In this document: piece by piece, positions 51,462 to 64,000 of the stretch | Layout: every line of letters starts with the position of its first letter | How positions within the stretch are numbered: position 1 is the stretch's first letter | Assembly: GCA_964016885.1 (NCBI GenBank) | Contig: OZ024740.1 | Coordinates: forward strand, 195,982,001 to 196,046,000 | DNA from: Eledone cirrhosa | Taxonomy: Eukaryota | Direction of reading: 5' to 3' | Length of the DNA stretch: 64,000 bases | Notes under the pieces: generated by a model | Databases searched by the model: none | What the model was told of the DNA's origin: nothing | The model's input: the letters and a program-made list of their open reading frames with translations, nothing else | Translations under genes and position numbers: made by a program

Positions 51462-52543
51462 ACATGAATATATATATACATATAAATATATATATGTATA
51501 TAAATATATATTATAAGTGATGTAAAATGGCTACACAGCCTTGAATCCAAACTGAGTTCTAGGCTCAACTCACTGAAAAATTATCTGTACACTATATATA
51601 GCACTTGTTACTGATTCTTTTTATACAGCCTGATCTCTTATAATACCTTTGTTTTATATTGTTCCTTAAATATATTTTTAAAGATTCTAACAACTGTATT
51701 TACTAGAGGTTTCCTTTGTAATGATTTTGTCAATAATGAATGTTTTTTGTGTTTTTTTATAGTAATGATAACCACTCGAAAATGTGAACTTTCGTTGACT
51801 TTTTATTTGTAAATTTGTACATAACAACTGAAAACGTACACTATGTGAAATAAATCCATCACTGATAATGTTATTTAGTAATGTTATAGTTCTAAATTAT
51901 CTTTATATTTTTGCTATTACAATGTACTTATAAAATGTTGCTTTCTACTATTGTCATGACGATTATAATGGAAAATACCTCTAAAAAAAGGAAATAAAAT
52001 AAAATCTCAAGCCATCAGGCATTAATTTAATTTGCATGATTTTGAATCTATCATTTCCATCTATTGAATAAAAAAAGAAATGTTAATCCTTTCATGAACC
52101 TTAAAAACCCTTATGACTTGTGCTTACTTACATTTGATTTTTGTTGTGTTGAAATGGTGAGACACCTACCCCATGTCCTCATTAGTTTAATTGCAGAATT
52201 TGCAACTGGTAGATAGCATCAGCAAGGGAAATATTGTTTCCTTGCTCCAATTTGACAAGTTCCACCCCATTCCTTACTCAAATGAGGCCTGATATCTTGT
52301 CAATCAATTAACAGAAGAAAAAAAAATGATATTTGTCTATTATCCTCCAGCCAATTGAATTAAAGAGATAGAGAATTATGAAATGCCTCGCCTGGACCTA
52401 AAATGGAATGGCCTGCAACAAGTTTTAACCTTTCTAATCCATGATCAGTAAGTCCAATATTCATCCATTTGATTGATTTCACATCTACATATTCTAGGCT
52501 ACAAATATTTAATTTCCACTTTGGAGATATGGAAATATTTGGG

Positions 52544-52689
52544 AGTGCTGGTATCACAATAAAAGGTACCTAGCTGACTATGTAAAGTGAAAGTGCTGGT
52601 ATCATGATGAATGGTACCTAGTTGACTGTAAAGTGGAAGTGCTGGTATCATGATGAATGGTACCTAGCTGACTGTAAAGTGGAAGTGCT
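52544..52689 (+). repeat. Three tandem ~46-bp units related to the RTE UTR module
   Basis: agtgctggtatcatgatgaatggtacctagctgactgtaaagtgga x3. Confidence 0.85.
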
Positions 52690-53950
52690 CATACATATGC
52701 ATACTCATTGGTATACTTATGTGCATGCAAGTATTTCATTTGTATGTGGATACTGCATGTATATATATAGAGAGAGACAAAGCAAGCTTTGTTTATGAAA
52801 CAGCAAGCGAAGTTTGAAAATAAAGGCAGTGTGGAAGGCACTAGGGGGTTATGAATTGTGTGTAAGGGTTTAGGAGGGGGTCTAGAATAGTGGGAAGGGG
52901 GCAGTGATCCTGGATAGAGTGGAGGTGTACAGTGATGCTGAAAAAAGCTATTACAGGGGTGGGAGCGTGAGTTTTTTTTTTGGGGGGGGGGTGAAGGAAT
53001 TGAGTGCAGTGGTAGTGAGGATAGCTACTAAAGGGTGAAATGATACATGGCGGGGTTAGGTCAAATTTTAAGCTGGTAGCCGGTTCTTTTCCAGCACAAC
53101 ATGGCGCCAACTCTTGTGACAATTTGTCACCTCTGTTGTGAAGTTCAGCCCTCACTAAGTCATTTCATGTCTTTCTAGGTCTGCCTCTTACATGACTTCT
53201 GTATCTCTTTATACAGCACACACACATATATAAATATAATTATGTGGGAATTCCCTTATGCTAGCGTGAAAAATGGACGTTAAATGATGTTGATGATGAT
53301 ATACATTATATATTCATAGGAATAATTTGAAAAAAACTCGAAAGCAAGGAATAGCTGTTGAAACAACCAAATGCCATCATTAACAATATGTAAGTCAAGT
53401 AAAAATACCCCTAAGGACATAAATCAGTGGTCAGTAGTCAATAAAGAGAAAAGTAAAGTTGTGAGGTGGGTAATAGGTAGATGAAACATTGAGATGTTTA
53501 AGAGAGGGCTGTGTTGGCACGTAGCAGTTATAAGAAGAAAGAAAGAAAGATGAATGGAGATTAGGGTTACAATAAAAGATCAAAGTTATAAATGATACAA
53601 AAACCGCAGTTGCATCTGATTTCGTCAGCTGTCAATCTGGCTTTACTCAAATTGAGAGGACTGCAATTTTTTATGCCACCTTGTGCAACAGAAAATAAAC
53701 ATTTCTGCTGGTATGATGCATACGTGACGACAAAACAAACAGGAGTCAGAGAGCAATATAAAGCGTGCCCTACCAGTGATGTACCGCTAGCTAAAAGGAA
53801 TGGTATAGCCCTAGAAACAAGCCGAAAAAGGAGCATATAAGCACAATGTAGTCACTTGACCAGTCTAGCTTGAGTATGTGACAACCTGTCTAATTCATGC
53901 AAGCATTGAAAGTAGACATTAAACAGTGATGATATATATATGTATGTATA

Positions 53951-54028
53951 CAGGGTGTCCCAAACAATGTATACACACTATTATTAGAATGCTGTTGAAG
54001 TGTGTATACATGTTTTGGGGACACCCTA
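53951..54028. mobile_element. 78-bp Tc1/mariner-like MITE
   Basis: TA|CAGGGTGTCCCAAACAATGTATACACAC ... GTGTGTATACATGTTTTGGGGACACCCTA|TA. Confidence 0.75.
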
Positions 54029-54599
54029 TATATGTATATATATAAAAATTGTTGCCTCAAAAATCGAGATGAAGCATAAGTATATTTGAAATTCATTAGA
54101 ATAATTTGAAAACTCAAATGTAAGGAATAGCTTGATGCCTTCCTAATGCCAACCACTTTACATGTACTGGCAGCATTTTATTGTGAATCCAATACTACCA
54201 TCTTACAGTTACAGGGTGGACTTGGTGCTTTTAGTTGTGGCACCAGTACTACCTCATTACATGACTAGGATACTTGGTGTCTTTAGTCAGGGTGTGTAAA
54301 CAATAAAAAGAAGTGCAGACTATATGCTGCTTGTTGGGGAGCAAAGACAGCCTAATGTGTGAAAGGAACTGCAATGAATGACCTTGAAGCAAGTGGGTAG
54401 CGTCTGGCATATTGTGAAATGTACCTAACTTTCCATGTTAACCTGAACTGGACAAGAAAGATGAGCCAGGGATGTGAATGTAAAGGGGGACAAGGATTGG
54501 GCAGGATGGTGAATCACAGGTCTACCAGGGAAGGGAGTATAAGCATCGAGGAGCTAATGGGGTTTTAGGCAAGGAAATTGGGAGTATCCTGGTAGGTAG

Positions 54600-54900
54600 G
54601 GACCATCTTCTTACTTGTGGGAAAGCAAGTCTTCTGCAGTACTGCATGGTGTCAGTCAACCCAATCCTTGGTCATCACCTTCATGAGGTTCAGCTGTGAG
54701 ATTGGCCTACACCACATTATCCCAAGTTTTCCTAGGTCTTCCACAGGTTCCATCGACTTCAAGCAATCTGCATTTCTTTATGCAGCTGTCATCCTTCATA
54801 TGCATCACATCCTTACCAATAGCTGCCTCTGCAGCACACTGCATCTAATCCCTTTTATGCCCAGTTTTTCTCTCAGCCCATTGATGCTTTGTTGTAAACA
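54600..54900 (-). mobile_element. Old degenerate RTE 3' fragment
   Basis: Minus strand resembles ...LRERLGIRGIRCSV...MHMKDDSCIKKC...GRPRKTWD, with indels. Confidence 0.7.
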
Positions 54901-55169
54901 TTGTACACATTGCTTGATGATGGTCAAGGGGGTTCTTGCACATGGCTATTCTAGCCACCCCACAACTGTATGCAGCACTAACATGACTAATGTTAGTCCT
55001 ATATATGCAACTAGTGTGAATCTTAGTGTTGTGATTTCCATAATTTTGGCAGGGTTTTTTCTGGCTTGGTGCCCTTCCCATCACCAACCACTTTACTGTG
55101 TGGACTAGGTGCATTAATACCAGCACTAGCGATGTTGTCTTACTAAACTGAAGAGTCCTCTCCACACTA

Positions 55170-55605
55170 CATCAGCTTTTATTCAGTGTCTATTTTCCTA
55201 GAAGGGTTAGCTTCACTATGATATATGCACTTGATATCTATCTTGTGCAGTTGTTTTTAATCAGTCACTGCCCTCCTGGATGGATTACCTTCACTACAGC
55301 TTACGGAGTTCACGGCTGATCTATGCAGTCGTTTTTATTCAGTCAATGCCCTCCTAGATGGGTTGCCTTCACTACGGCTTACAGAGCCCATGTCTGCCCT
55401 GTACCAGTTTTTATTCAGTGACTGCTCTCCTAGATGGGTTGCCTACATTTTAGCTTCCAGAGCTCACATCTACAGTTGTATTTCATTTGGAGCCACTGAC
55501 GCCATAGATGGGTTGCTTTCTCCATGGTATATGGAACCCATCTTTGCCCCATGCAGTACTATTTTATTCAGAGTCACTGCCGTCCTTGACAGGCTGCTTC
55601 TTGCA
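55170..55605. repeat. Degenerate tandem array, ~5 units of 'tttttattcagtca.tgccctcctagatgggttgccttcactac'
   Basis: Unit starts at ~55176, 55253, 55331, 55407 and 55561. Confidence 0.8.
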
Positions 55606-58600
55606 TGGTCTATGGCGCCCACGTATGCACCGCGCTGATTTATTTTATTGAATTTTGAGTGACAATATTGACATATGAAAACAATATCAACACAATGTCA
55701 ATTTGATGTGGAAGTAATAGGGAAATAATATCAATACAATATTGATATGACATCAAAACATCAATACAACAAAACAATATGGAAGCAATCTTGAAACACT
55801 CGATATGATATTGAAACAATATCAAAACATGTAAATATACAAACATACATGGCATATTATGGTTGATATTTTAGAATTAAATAATACATATATTTAAATT
55901 TACTTGATTACATTTATTATCTAATTTGCAGGTGCAGGGATCAAATCATATTTTCCCCCATCACTAAATCATTCATTTCCCATGTGTTCAACGCCCCAGT
56001 AACCACTACATCTAGGCCTCCTTGTTCAAAATATCTGCTCTCTGAAACAGTTTTAATGAAACATCAATTTCTCTGGCCTCATAGAGGCTGTGAAGGCCTT
56101 GGACATTTCCCTTCTTCCAGGCCTACCAAGTAAAATTGGACTTTCCTTCGGACAGGACACCAGTTAATTGTGAGGTTATGTTCCAGCAGCTACTGCTGGC
56201 ACTCATTTTCAGTTGAATAGACCAGAAGAATGTGAAATATAGTGCCTTGTCCAGACATTATGCCATCTGATCTCGGGAATCAAACCCTACAATCCTGAAA
56301 CAAACACTAACCCTAAGGTAGCTTTTTATTAACAGAAGTTAATCCTTGGAGGAATAAAGCACCTCCATTTTTTTTTAATCTACCATAAATGAAGACATTC
56401 CAACCGATTAATTTCATCTCAGAACAGTGAATAAATAGCGCAGTTCTCTCAATTTCTAATATAATACAACAGTGCTAGTGTTAACACATAAAATAGAAAA
56501 CTATTTTTATAGGAACCCACCTGAAACCATCCCTGGCCAAATTATGAAAAACCTAGTTATTTTATTATATTCCTCCAAATTCTTGGTTATTTTCAAAATA
56601 AGTTAAAATATACAGGCAGTATATTTAATTAGAAATATGATTATGAAAAGATTGTGAGTATTATTTCTTTTCTATTTTTTGGTATTTTCTCAAGACAAGA
56701 TATATTTATGCAATTGTTATCACTTTCAGAAATTGGGTAAAGAAAAATAAATTATAACAAATGACAATTAAAATCTCAGTTAATTTAATCCCTAAAACAA
56801 AAGTTAAAACAATCACATAAAGAGTGCTTAATAAATTCTATTTTCTATTCAATATAGATTTTAAAAAAACTTGTCTTGAACCGATTTCATTGCATATTTG
56901 AAAAGAGGGTATTAGCCCTGAAATATATTGGGTAAAACATTTTGTTTTGTTTTATATATTCCTACTGCATTGTACCAGCTTTCTGAAACTTAGTCATTTA
57001 TAACATCTCACAATGCATCATATTAACTATACTATTTTATAAAAAAAACTTTACATATAAAAAAAATAATTAAGCTGGAAAAAAAATTTCCTAAAAACCA
57101 AACGACTTATGTTTTATTGCTTCTCTCGAATACAATTGGAATATGAAATGATGAAAATTAAGCAGATTTACATGAGAGAGGAGGAAGTGGAAAAAATACA
57201 AATATTCAAGAAGAAGCATGCTAAAAAAAAAAATTGGGTGAAAGAGGGAGATATATTATTTTATCTGATTTATATATTTTGGGAAAGAGATTTTGTTTAT
57301 TTTGAAAAAGAAATGCAAAGAGTGAAAGGAAACAGTAATTTTATTTTGTTTTAAAGAAAGAAAAAACAAAACCCCAACAACAAGCACACACACACACACA
57401 CACACAATTCAGCAGGGAAAGCAGTTTTAACTGAAGAGTGAATATCACATCACATCCATCTTCATCTCTTTATTAAACAGGAAAGTAGGGTATGGGAACT
57501 TTTTTTTTTAAATCTAAACAACCAATATGCAGAGAGAAAGAGAGAGTTTACAGTAAAATAATATAAAATGTTTTAAATTAAAATTTGGTTTAATAAGATG
57601 GTTTATTGTTAAGTCAGCATTGCCAACAGCAGTTTTACAATGAGTGTGCTACTGTTGACGAAATACAGTTGTTACTTACTGGACCTGTGTGCCTTCAAAA
57701 CATATTTCATGATGAAACACAATGCACAGAGATAAAGAATATCTCCCTCACCATTCCAGACACTCAAACCACTCAAACTATCACAGACTCATTTAAATAG
57801 AAATGGACATAAGCAAAAGAAAAAAAAAAAAGATACAAATACACAACATACACTCACTGTTAGTTTAACATTAGAAAAAAAAAAAGAAAGAATTTCAGCA
57901 TAATAATTGTTTCTAACAAAGACAGGCACAAGGCCAGAAATTTGGGTGGATAGCTAATTGATTAAATCAACCCCAAATGGATGAAAGGCAAAGTTGACCA
58001 TGGCGGGATTTGAAGTCAATACAAAAAAAGACCACAGAGTATTTTGTCCGACACTAACAACAGTGCTCAATTCACCAAATTTTAATATCAGTTGTGGACA
58101 AAAAAAAAAAACAATCAAATATATGCACACACTGAACACTGGAATACAATAGAGGTAACAAAGAATAATATAAAGATTATAAGATTATGAACAAAAACGA
58201 TAACTGCCCTTATTCCTAACATGAATCTTTTATGTATTTTGCTCCAACATCAAACCAACAAAGTGAATGACTATATATTGCCACCCATAGAAAGAAAAAA
58301 ACTCATGAAAAAAAAAAAAAAAAAAAATTAAGATGTAGATCAACTCTAGTACTTATTTATGCTCCCCCTGTTTACATTAGCAATCTATGTAAAGAAACAA
58401 TCCAAATATGGAATTTAAAAATCCAGTCAGGACCACAATCTTCCACAGAAATAAGAAGGAAGACGATTGACAAGATCCCAGACTTTATTTGCTTATCAAG
58501 TGGGGTGGACTTCATCAAATCAAACCAAGGAAATAATGATTCCATTGGTCTTTCCATTGCTGATACTATCTATCTATCAGAAAGAGCAACATTAAATAAA

Positions 58601-58969
58601 GTGTCTTGCTCAAGGACATAACACATTGCCTGGCCTGAGAATCAAACTCACAACATCATGATTGCGAATCTAATTCTCTAACCACTAAGCCACATGGCTT
58701 CACTAATAATAGCTCATTATATTGGCACTTGGCCAGGAATTTATAATGGAAGAGTATGTAGAGTCATCTAAATATGACTGGTACATATTCAAGTAGCCAC
58801 AAGGTCAATGTACTCAGTAGAAAAATGAAACTAAATACAAAAAAGCATTTAGCCCAAAGTTCTAACACCATCACTACCACTTTTTCTTAAAACAGGTTTC
58901 TAAACTGCACATAAATATTAGGTAGATTATGTAACTTTCATTTGAAATGATAATAATGATAACAACAAT

Positions 58970-59382
58970 AATGATTTCTGATTTAAGGACAAGGCCAACA
59001 ATATTGGGGAAGGAGAAAGTCAATTAAATCAACCCCAGTGCACTACTGGTATTTTATTTTACCGGACACATAAGGATAAAAAGGAAAACTAACCTCGGCA
59101 GGATTTGAACTCAGAACATAAAGGGATGTAACTATGCCACAAACATGTCCGACGCTCTACCAATACTGCCAATCCACTGCCCTTAATAATTGTTTCTGAT
59201 TTAGGCACAAGGCCAACAATTTTGGCCTGAGGAGAAAGTCTATTCAATCGACTCCAGTGCACTACTAGTACTTTATTTTACCGCACTCATAAGGATGAAA
59301 TGGCAAAGCTAACCTCAGCAGGGACGTAACTATGCCGCAAACATGTCCAATGTTCTACCGATACTGCCAATCCACTGCCCTG
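58970..59382 (-). mobile_element. Tandem head-to-tail dimer of SINE family 1
   Basis: Two consecutive copies (~58970-59183 and ~59186-59382); the second lacks the B-box segment. Confidence 0.82.
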
Positions 59383-59404
59383 AATAATAACAATAATAAT
59401 TTGT

Positions 59405-59592
59405 AAACATTGAAATTCAAACACAAAGTCATTATAATGATAACACCATTAGAAAATCAGTTAAAATACTCTTATAGACAGAAAATAAGTGGCCAGTAGT
59501 CGCAGGCCACTTATTTTCTGTCTCCAAGGATATTTTACCTTATTTTCTAATGTTATTATCATTGTAGCGACTGTGTTTGGATTTCAATGTTT
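59405..59592. repeat. ~188-bp imperfect palindrome (hairpin MITE-like)
   Basis: Inner arms agacagaaaataagtggcc / ggccacttattttctgtct are perfect around a 10-nt loop; outer arms aaacattgaaat / atttcaatgttt. Confidence 0.85.
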
Positions 59593-60435
59593 TCAAATCT
59601 CAAATCTAAACACCTTGATAAATCATAAGATTTTAATAAAAAATATTGTTTGTATGCAAGTTTAATGCTATAAAATAATCATCACATCTGATATATATCA
59701 TCATCATATGGATGTTAGATGATGATATATAAATATATACATATACACACATAAATGTGCAAGTAAATTTGTGGCTATGGTCACAGTCTTTATTTTTACA
59801 TATGTTCAAATGTGTGTGTATGAGAGAGATGAAAAAAAAACTTGCAAACAATACATGTTTGAATATAGACATACACACACACAAATATATATATATATAT
59901 ATATATATACATACATACACACTTATATATAGAGGGAGGAAGAAGAAGAAAGAGAATTACATCATATTTACAACAAAAACAAGTCCCTGAAATTATAGCT
60001 TAACATGTAAATTATTAAAAACTGAAGCTAAAAACAAGGAAAAAATGTAGCAGGTTAAAAAAAAAAAAAGACAAACAACAATAAAAAGAAACAGTTGTGT
60101 TGAAATAGATTTTAAAGCTTGTGAAAGTTATGGAAATTCCTTTCAGTATGCACCAAGAAAAATAACTGCTGTGAAGTGAAGAGTTGTATGGTAGTAGGAG
60201 TGGTGGGGATGATGAGAAAAAATAAGAGTCAAGTAATTAATGAACTCTATATTATGAGTAAGAAGAACTACTGAGGTTGGACACAGCCTAGGTATATTTG
60301 TGAGTGTGACAGATAGAAAGAGAGAGAAGAGTGAAGAGAATGCATGTGACAGACAGAGCACATGACACAAAAAGATGGAAAGAGAAAGAGAGACCGAGTG
60401 CATGCATGTGTGTCCGTGTCCAAAGGAGAGAGAAC

Positions 60436-60472
<37 letters not shown>

Positions 60473-60512
60473 ATTTATCTGTGTGTCAGTGTGTGGAAGT
60501 GGATGTACATGA

Positions 60513-60550
<38 letters not shown>

Positions 60551-61014
60551 TGTTTGTCGATTGGTGAGTAAAAATATTTCTAATTCATGTAAGGAGGAAG
60601 AGTGTGTGCGTGTAAGACCGTTACATAAAATAGCCAGATCAACATAAAAGCAGGTATAAATGAATGTATATTTATATATACACACACACACACACATACT
60701 AGTAACATGAATATCCATTAGCACAGGTCTTGTTCAATTATTTTTTCAACAATTCAGACAACAGTTCATTTATATTTCATATCATTGCGGTAATAGTAAG
60801 TATTTTATTACTATTAAATCAGACAGTTGTTTTTATTATTTTGCATCTTCTTCGAGTCAGTATCTTTAAAGTGTGCATATGTCCAAAATAATTTCTCATG
60901 ATACAAACTTGGTTGCTTTCATTTTTTTTTTTTGTTCCCCCTCCTTTTTCTTTTATATTTCCTCCTACCTTACTTCATTCAACATTTTACCTCTAAATTT
61001 AGTTTATATGTATA

Positions 61015-61021
<7 letters not shown>

Positions 61022-61084
<63 letters not shown>

Positions 61085-61269
61085 CATACACACACACATA
61101 TATACATGCATATATTTATATACAAATATGCACATACATGCATATATATATATATACAAATATGCACATACATGCATATATATATATATACAAATATGCA
61201 CATACATGCATATATATATATATACAAATATGCACATACATGCATATATATATATATATATATATATAG

Positions 61270-61300
<31 letters not shown>

Positions 61301-61325
61301 GACATACATACATATATATATATAT
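61022..61325. repeat. (TA)n plus ~33-bp minisatellite (tatacaaatatgcacatacatgcatata...)
   Basis: Four tandem units embedded in TA runs. Confidence 0.9.
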
Positions 61326-61576
61326 GATTCAATGTGGTTGTGTTTGCAAAGAACAAAGAAACAGATTGCCATCAAGTCAGACAGAATCAGTAATGGTTAA
61401 ATTATAGCCTTGCAGATTTTTATATTTTGTGTTTTAGATGTTTCTTCAACCAGCCATTGAATCCCCTCCCCCCTCTCTCTCACACACACACACACACATA
61501 TATATATATTTAAAAAAAAAAAACAAAAAAAAAAAAACAAAGAGAATTGAGTCCTTTTCAGTTTTCACTGGTACTC

Positions 61577-61657
61577 CTATCGTTCTGCTATAAACAGTGT
61601 TACTTGTGGAAATAACTTGAGCTGCTCAAAAGATTTGGACTCATCCAGCTGGGTCAC
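61577..61657 (-). CDS. FAF1: FAF1-like UBX protein, last coding exon: VTQLDESKSFEQLKLFPQVTLFIAER*
   Basis: TTTTCAG acceptor; matches the human FAF1 C-terminus VTQLDPNKSLLEVKLFPQETLFLEAKE as recalled. Confidence 0.88.
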   Translation of the reverse strand: MTQLDESKSFEQLKLFPQVTLFIAER

Positions 61658-63028
61658 CTGAAAATAATAATACCAATTATCATAACAATGATTTTTAACG
61701 TAGATGAAAGTTTCTATGGAAACTTGGCCAAGATAACGACTACAATTGCTCGAAGAGTTACAATTTACAGAACATTGCTGGGGAAGTAAACAGGAAGTTA
61801 TACACAAGCTACTATTGTGGGAACCAACTTACAGGAGACACAGTAGAGGAAAACCTACTTGAACCTTCATCGATCACTCTCAGATGATACAAACCTCAGT
61901 AGGGAGCAGTTGCCAGGAGCAATGGAAAATCGTGAATAATGGAGAGACTTTGTCAGGAATGTTTGACTGTTGTGACAATGAGGATGAACATAGGCACAAG
62001 GTCAGACATTTTGTTTGAGAGAGGAAACTAGTCAGTTATATCAACCCTAATATTTGACTGATTCCACAGAAAAATGAAAATCAAAGTTAACCTTTAGCGA
62101 GATTTGAACTCTAGGTATAAGGCATGGCTCTGTGGTTAAGAAATCCACTTCACAACCATGTGGTGGGCAAATGCCTTCTACTATAGCCTTGGGTTGACCA
62201 ATATCTTGTGAGTACAATTTATTGACAAGCTTGTTATATGTCAATGTGTTTTCATATCAACACAATTTAAAATAAGCAGTGAAATTTGTTTATGTTTTAC
62301 AGTGAATCAGTTCAACGAAGATATATACCATACTTAAAAACAAAGAATGGGCTAGTGTTCAGAAAGGGCATCCATCCAGCCAGAGAAATACTGCCTCAAG
62401 GAAGTCTCATCTCACCAATGGTGCATTCAATAAGTAATGAGAAAATATATGTAAAAATTTAATTAAGAAACAAAAATACACAGCTATAACAAAGTCATAC
62501 AAGTATTATTTTTCAATACATGAACCATTTTCATCGTCACATCCCCCCCCCCCCACCATACCAGTTTATCAAACGCATTTTTGAAGAAATTGGGTAGTCC
62601 TATTTTAACCTCTTCTATCTTGATGCACTTCAGCATTCCCTGTGCCTGCTTAATTTCTTCTGATATTGTTGCTATATCATCTCCAAAGTGTATCAGTTAA
62701 GATCTCTAGTTTGTTTCTGCAGCTTTGACTGCAATCAAGCATAAATCCCAGTTCTTTTCTTTCACCTTATATCACATGTAACTGTCTTAAAAAAGGGAAG
62801 GACATATGGATTATAATGGGGTGGTCGCTAGTGGAACACCTTTGACCATCATTTTGCTTGATCAGGGTTGGTCTGGGGCTAAACAACCACCCAACTTAAC
62901 CTAATATGCCACAGATATATAATTATTGCTGTAGTATTTTTATGCCTACCTTTTCCCAATAGTTGCTATGGTTATGTCATATACCAAATAAAACAATATA
63001 ATCTAAAGAACTAATACTTCCAACTTAC

Positions 63029-63244
63029 ATCTTGTGGTGGAAATCTTGATAACACTTTGAAATCATCGTTTGGATAGCCTTTTGACGTGAGAAAACAGAA
63101 TAAATATCTTAAAGGTTCATGTCCACGAAATCTCCGGGTGATAAAGTCACCAGTTGGAAGATGAAAGCGAATTTGGGTAACACTATCTTTATATTCTTCA
63201 GAAGGTTCATGTGGGAGTTCTTTTGCTGAATCTTCTCTTCTTTG
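63029..63244 (-). CDS. FAF1: FAF1-like UBX domain exon: QRREDSAKELPHEP...SKGYPNDDFKVLSRFPPQD
   Basis: 216 nt, phase 0/0, CAG and GTAAGT splice sites; LPxEP, IRFxLPxG, RRF and SKGxP motifs of the FAF1 UBX domain. Confidence 0.9.
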
Positions 63245-63552
63245 CTGGTAGGAGAAAATCAAAAAGATCAATACATGAAAATATGATTGATATCAACTAA
63301 ATAGCATAAGGTGATTTTTAGATTGGATGGGATATATAATACACACAATCATCATAAATAATTATACATACAATTATGTCGATACTGACGAGAGATGGAT
63401 AATTAATTGGTGCATCAAATTAAAATATTATGGTATTTAGGTATTGCGTTACCATTACACTAAGATGGATTTCGCTGTTCGAGAAATAGATATATTATAA
63501 AACAAACAAATAAGGATTATTGAAAAAAAAGTTAAAATTTGTCTGTACTTAC

Positions 63553-63651
63553 TAATTTCCATTTTTCATTCTCTACTCGTGCTTGTTCTTCAGCATTTTT
63601 CTTCTCTTGGGCCACCCGTTCATTTTCCATGTCTTTCAGTCGGCGCTCCTC
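63553..63651 (-). CDS. FAF1: FAF1-like coiled-coil exon: EERRLKDMENERVAQEKKNAEEQARVENEKWKL
   Basis: 99 nt, phase 0/0, CAG and GTAAGT splice sites; E/R/K-rich helix as expected before the UBX domain. Upstream exons lie beyond the window. Confidence 0.82.
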
Positions 63652-64000
63652 CTGTAGTCGTGTAATGAAAATTGAAGTAAATTCTTTAGTTTGGATAAAT
63701 TAGGCATGGTTATTGTCCAACATAAAGTAATTTTAATACAATTAGCTGTTTTTAGAAGACTAACATGCAGTGACTTTGATTACACTTATTGTAAACACTA
63801 TGTAAGTATGAACCTATAACTGCTGATGGAGTTATTGAGACATATGGTGTGTCGAGGGCACTTTAACCTGATGAAGCCCATTCCCTCCCCAGGTGTGAAC
63901 ACAACCGATTTCTTCCAGAGAATGAGAGATGGAGTGAGAGAAAAGAAATCAGAAGAGAGAGGAAGGATCGACACAATACTGGACTGGTACATTTTGTATT

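Noticed and set aside
60143-61375. YI/HT/CV-rich ORFs (also at 14.4, 17.7 and 51.4 kb)
   Set aside because: They are translations of microsatellites and low-complexity DNA.
63380-63430. CTGACGA...CATC hammerhead-like motif in a FAF1 intron
   Set aside because: No GAAA at the expected position and the stems are weak.

Overview
AT-rich, microsatellite- and retrotransposon-dense animal genomic DNA. The repeat landscape suggests an octopus-like cephalopod, which is an inference. The + strand carries a spliced APC (adenomatous polyposis coli) gene: six small exons (25840-36204) that join in frame to one 8072-nt terminal coding exon (37010-45081), giving 3011 aa from the visible ATG. The N-terminal coiled-coil exons were not found in the window. 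The last three coding exons of a convergent FAF1-like UBX-domain gene lie on the - strand (61577-63651). The rest is intron, UTR or intergenic DNA filled with three RTE-clade LINE families, CR1- and Tx1-like relics, tRNA-derived SINEs, piggyBac-like and mariner/pogo-like MITEs and several long palindromes. The most unusual structures are: a two-tailed chimera of two different RTE families in one (TA)n site; an RTE 5'-UTR motif reused in tandemly amplified, hairpin-forming 3'-UTR modules; a 26-nt locally templated filler at an RTE 5' junction; a 365-bp near-perfect palindrome of two back-to-back tRNA-like heads; and decayed hammerhead-like motifs. All calls were read by eye, with no database searches.
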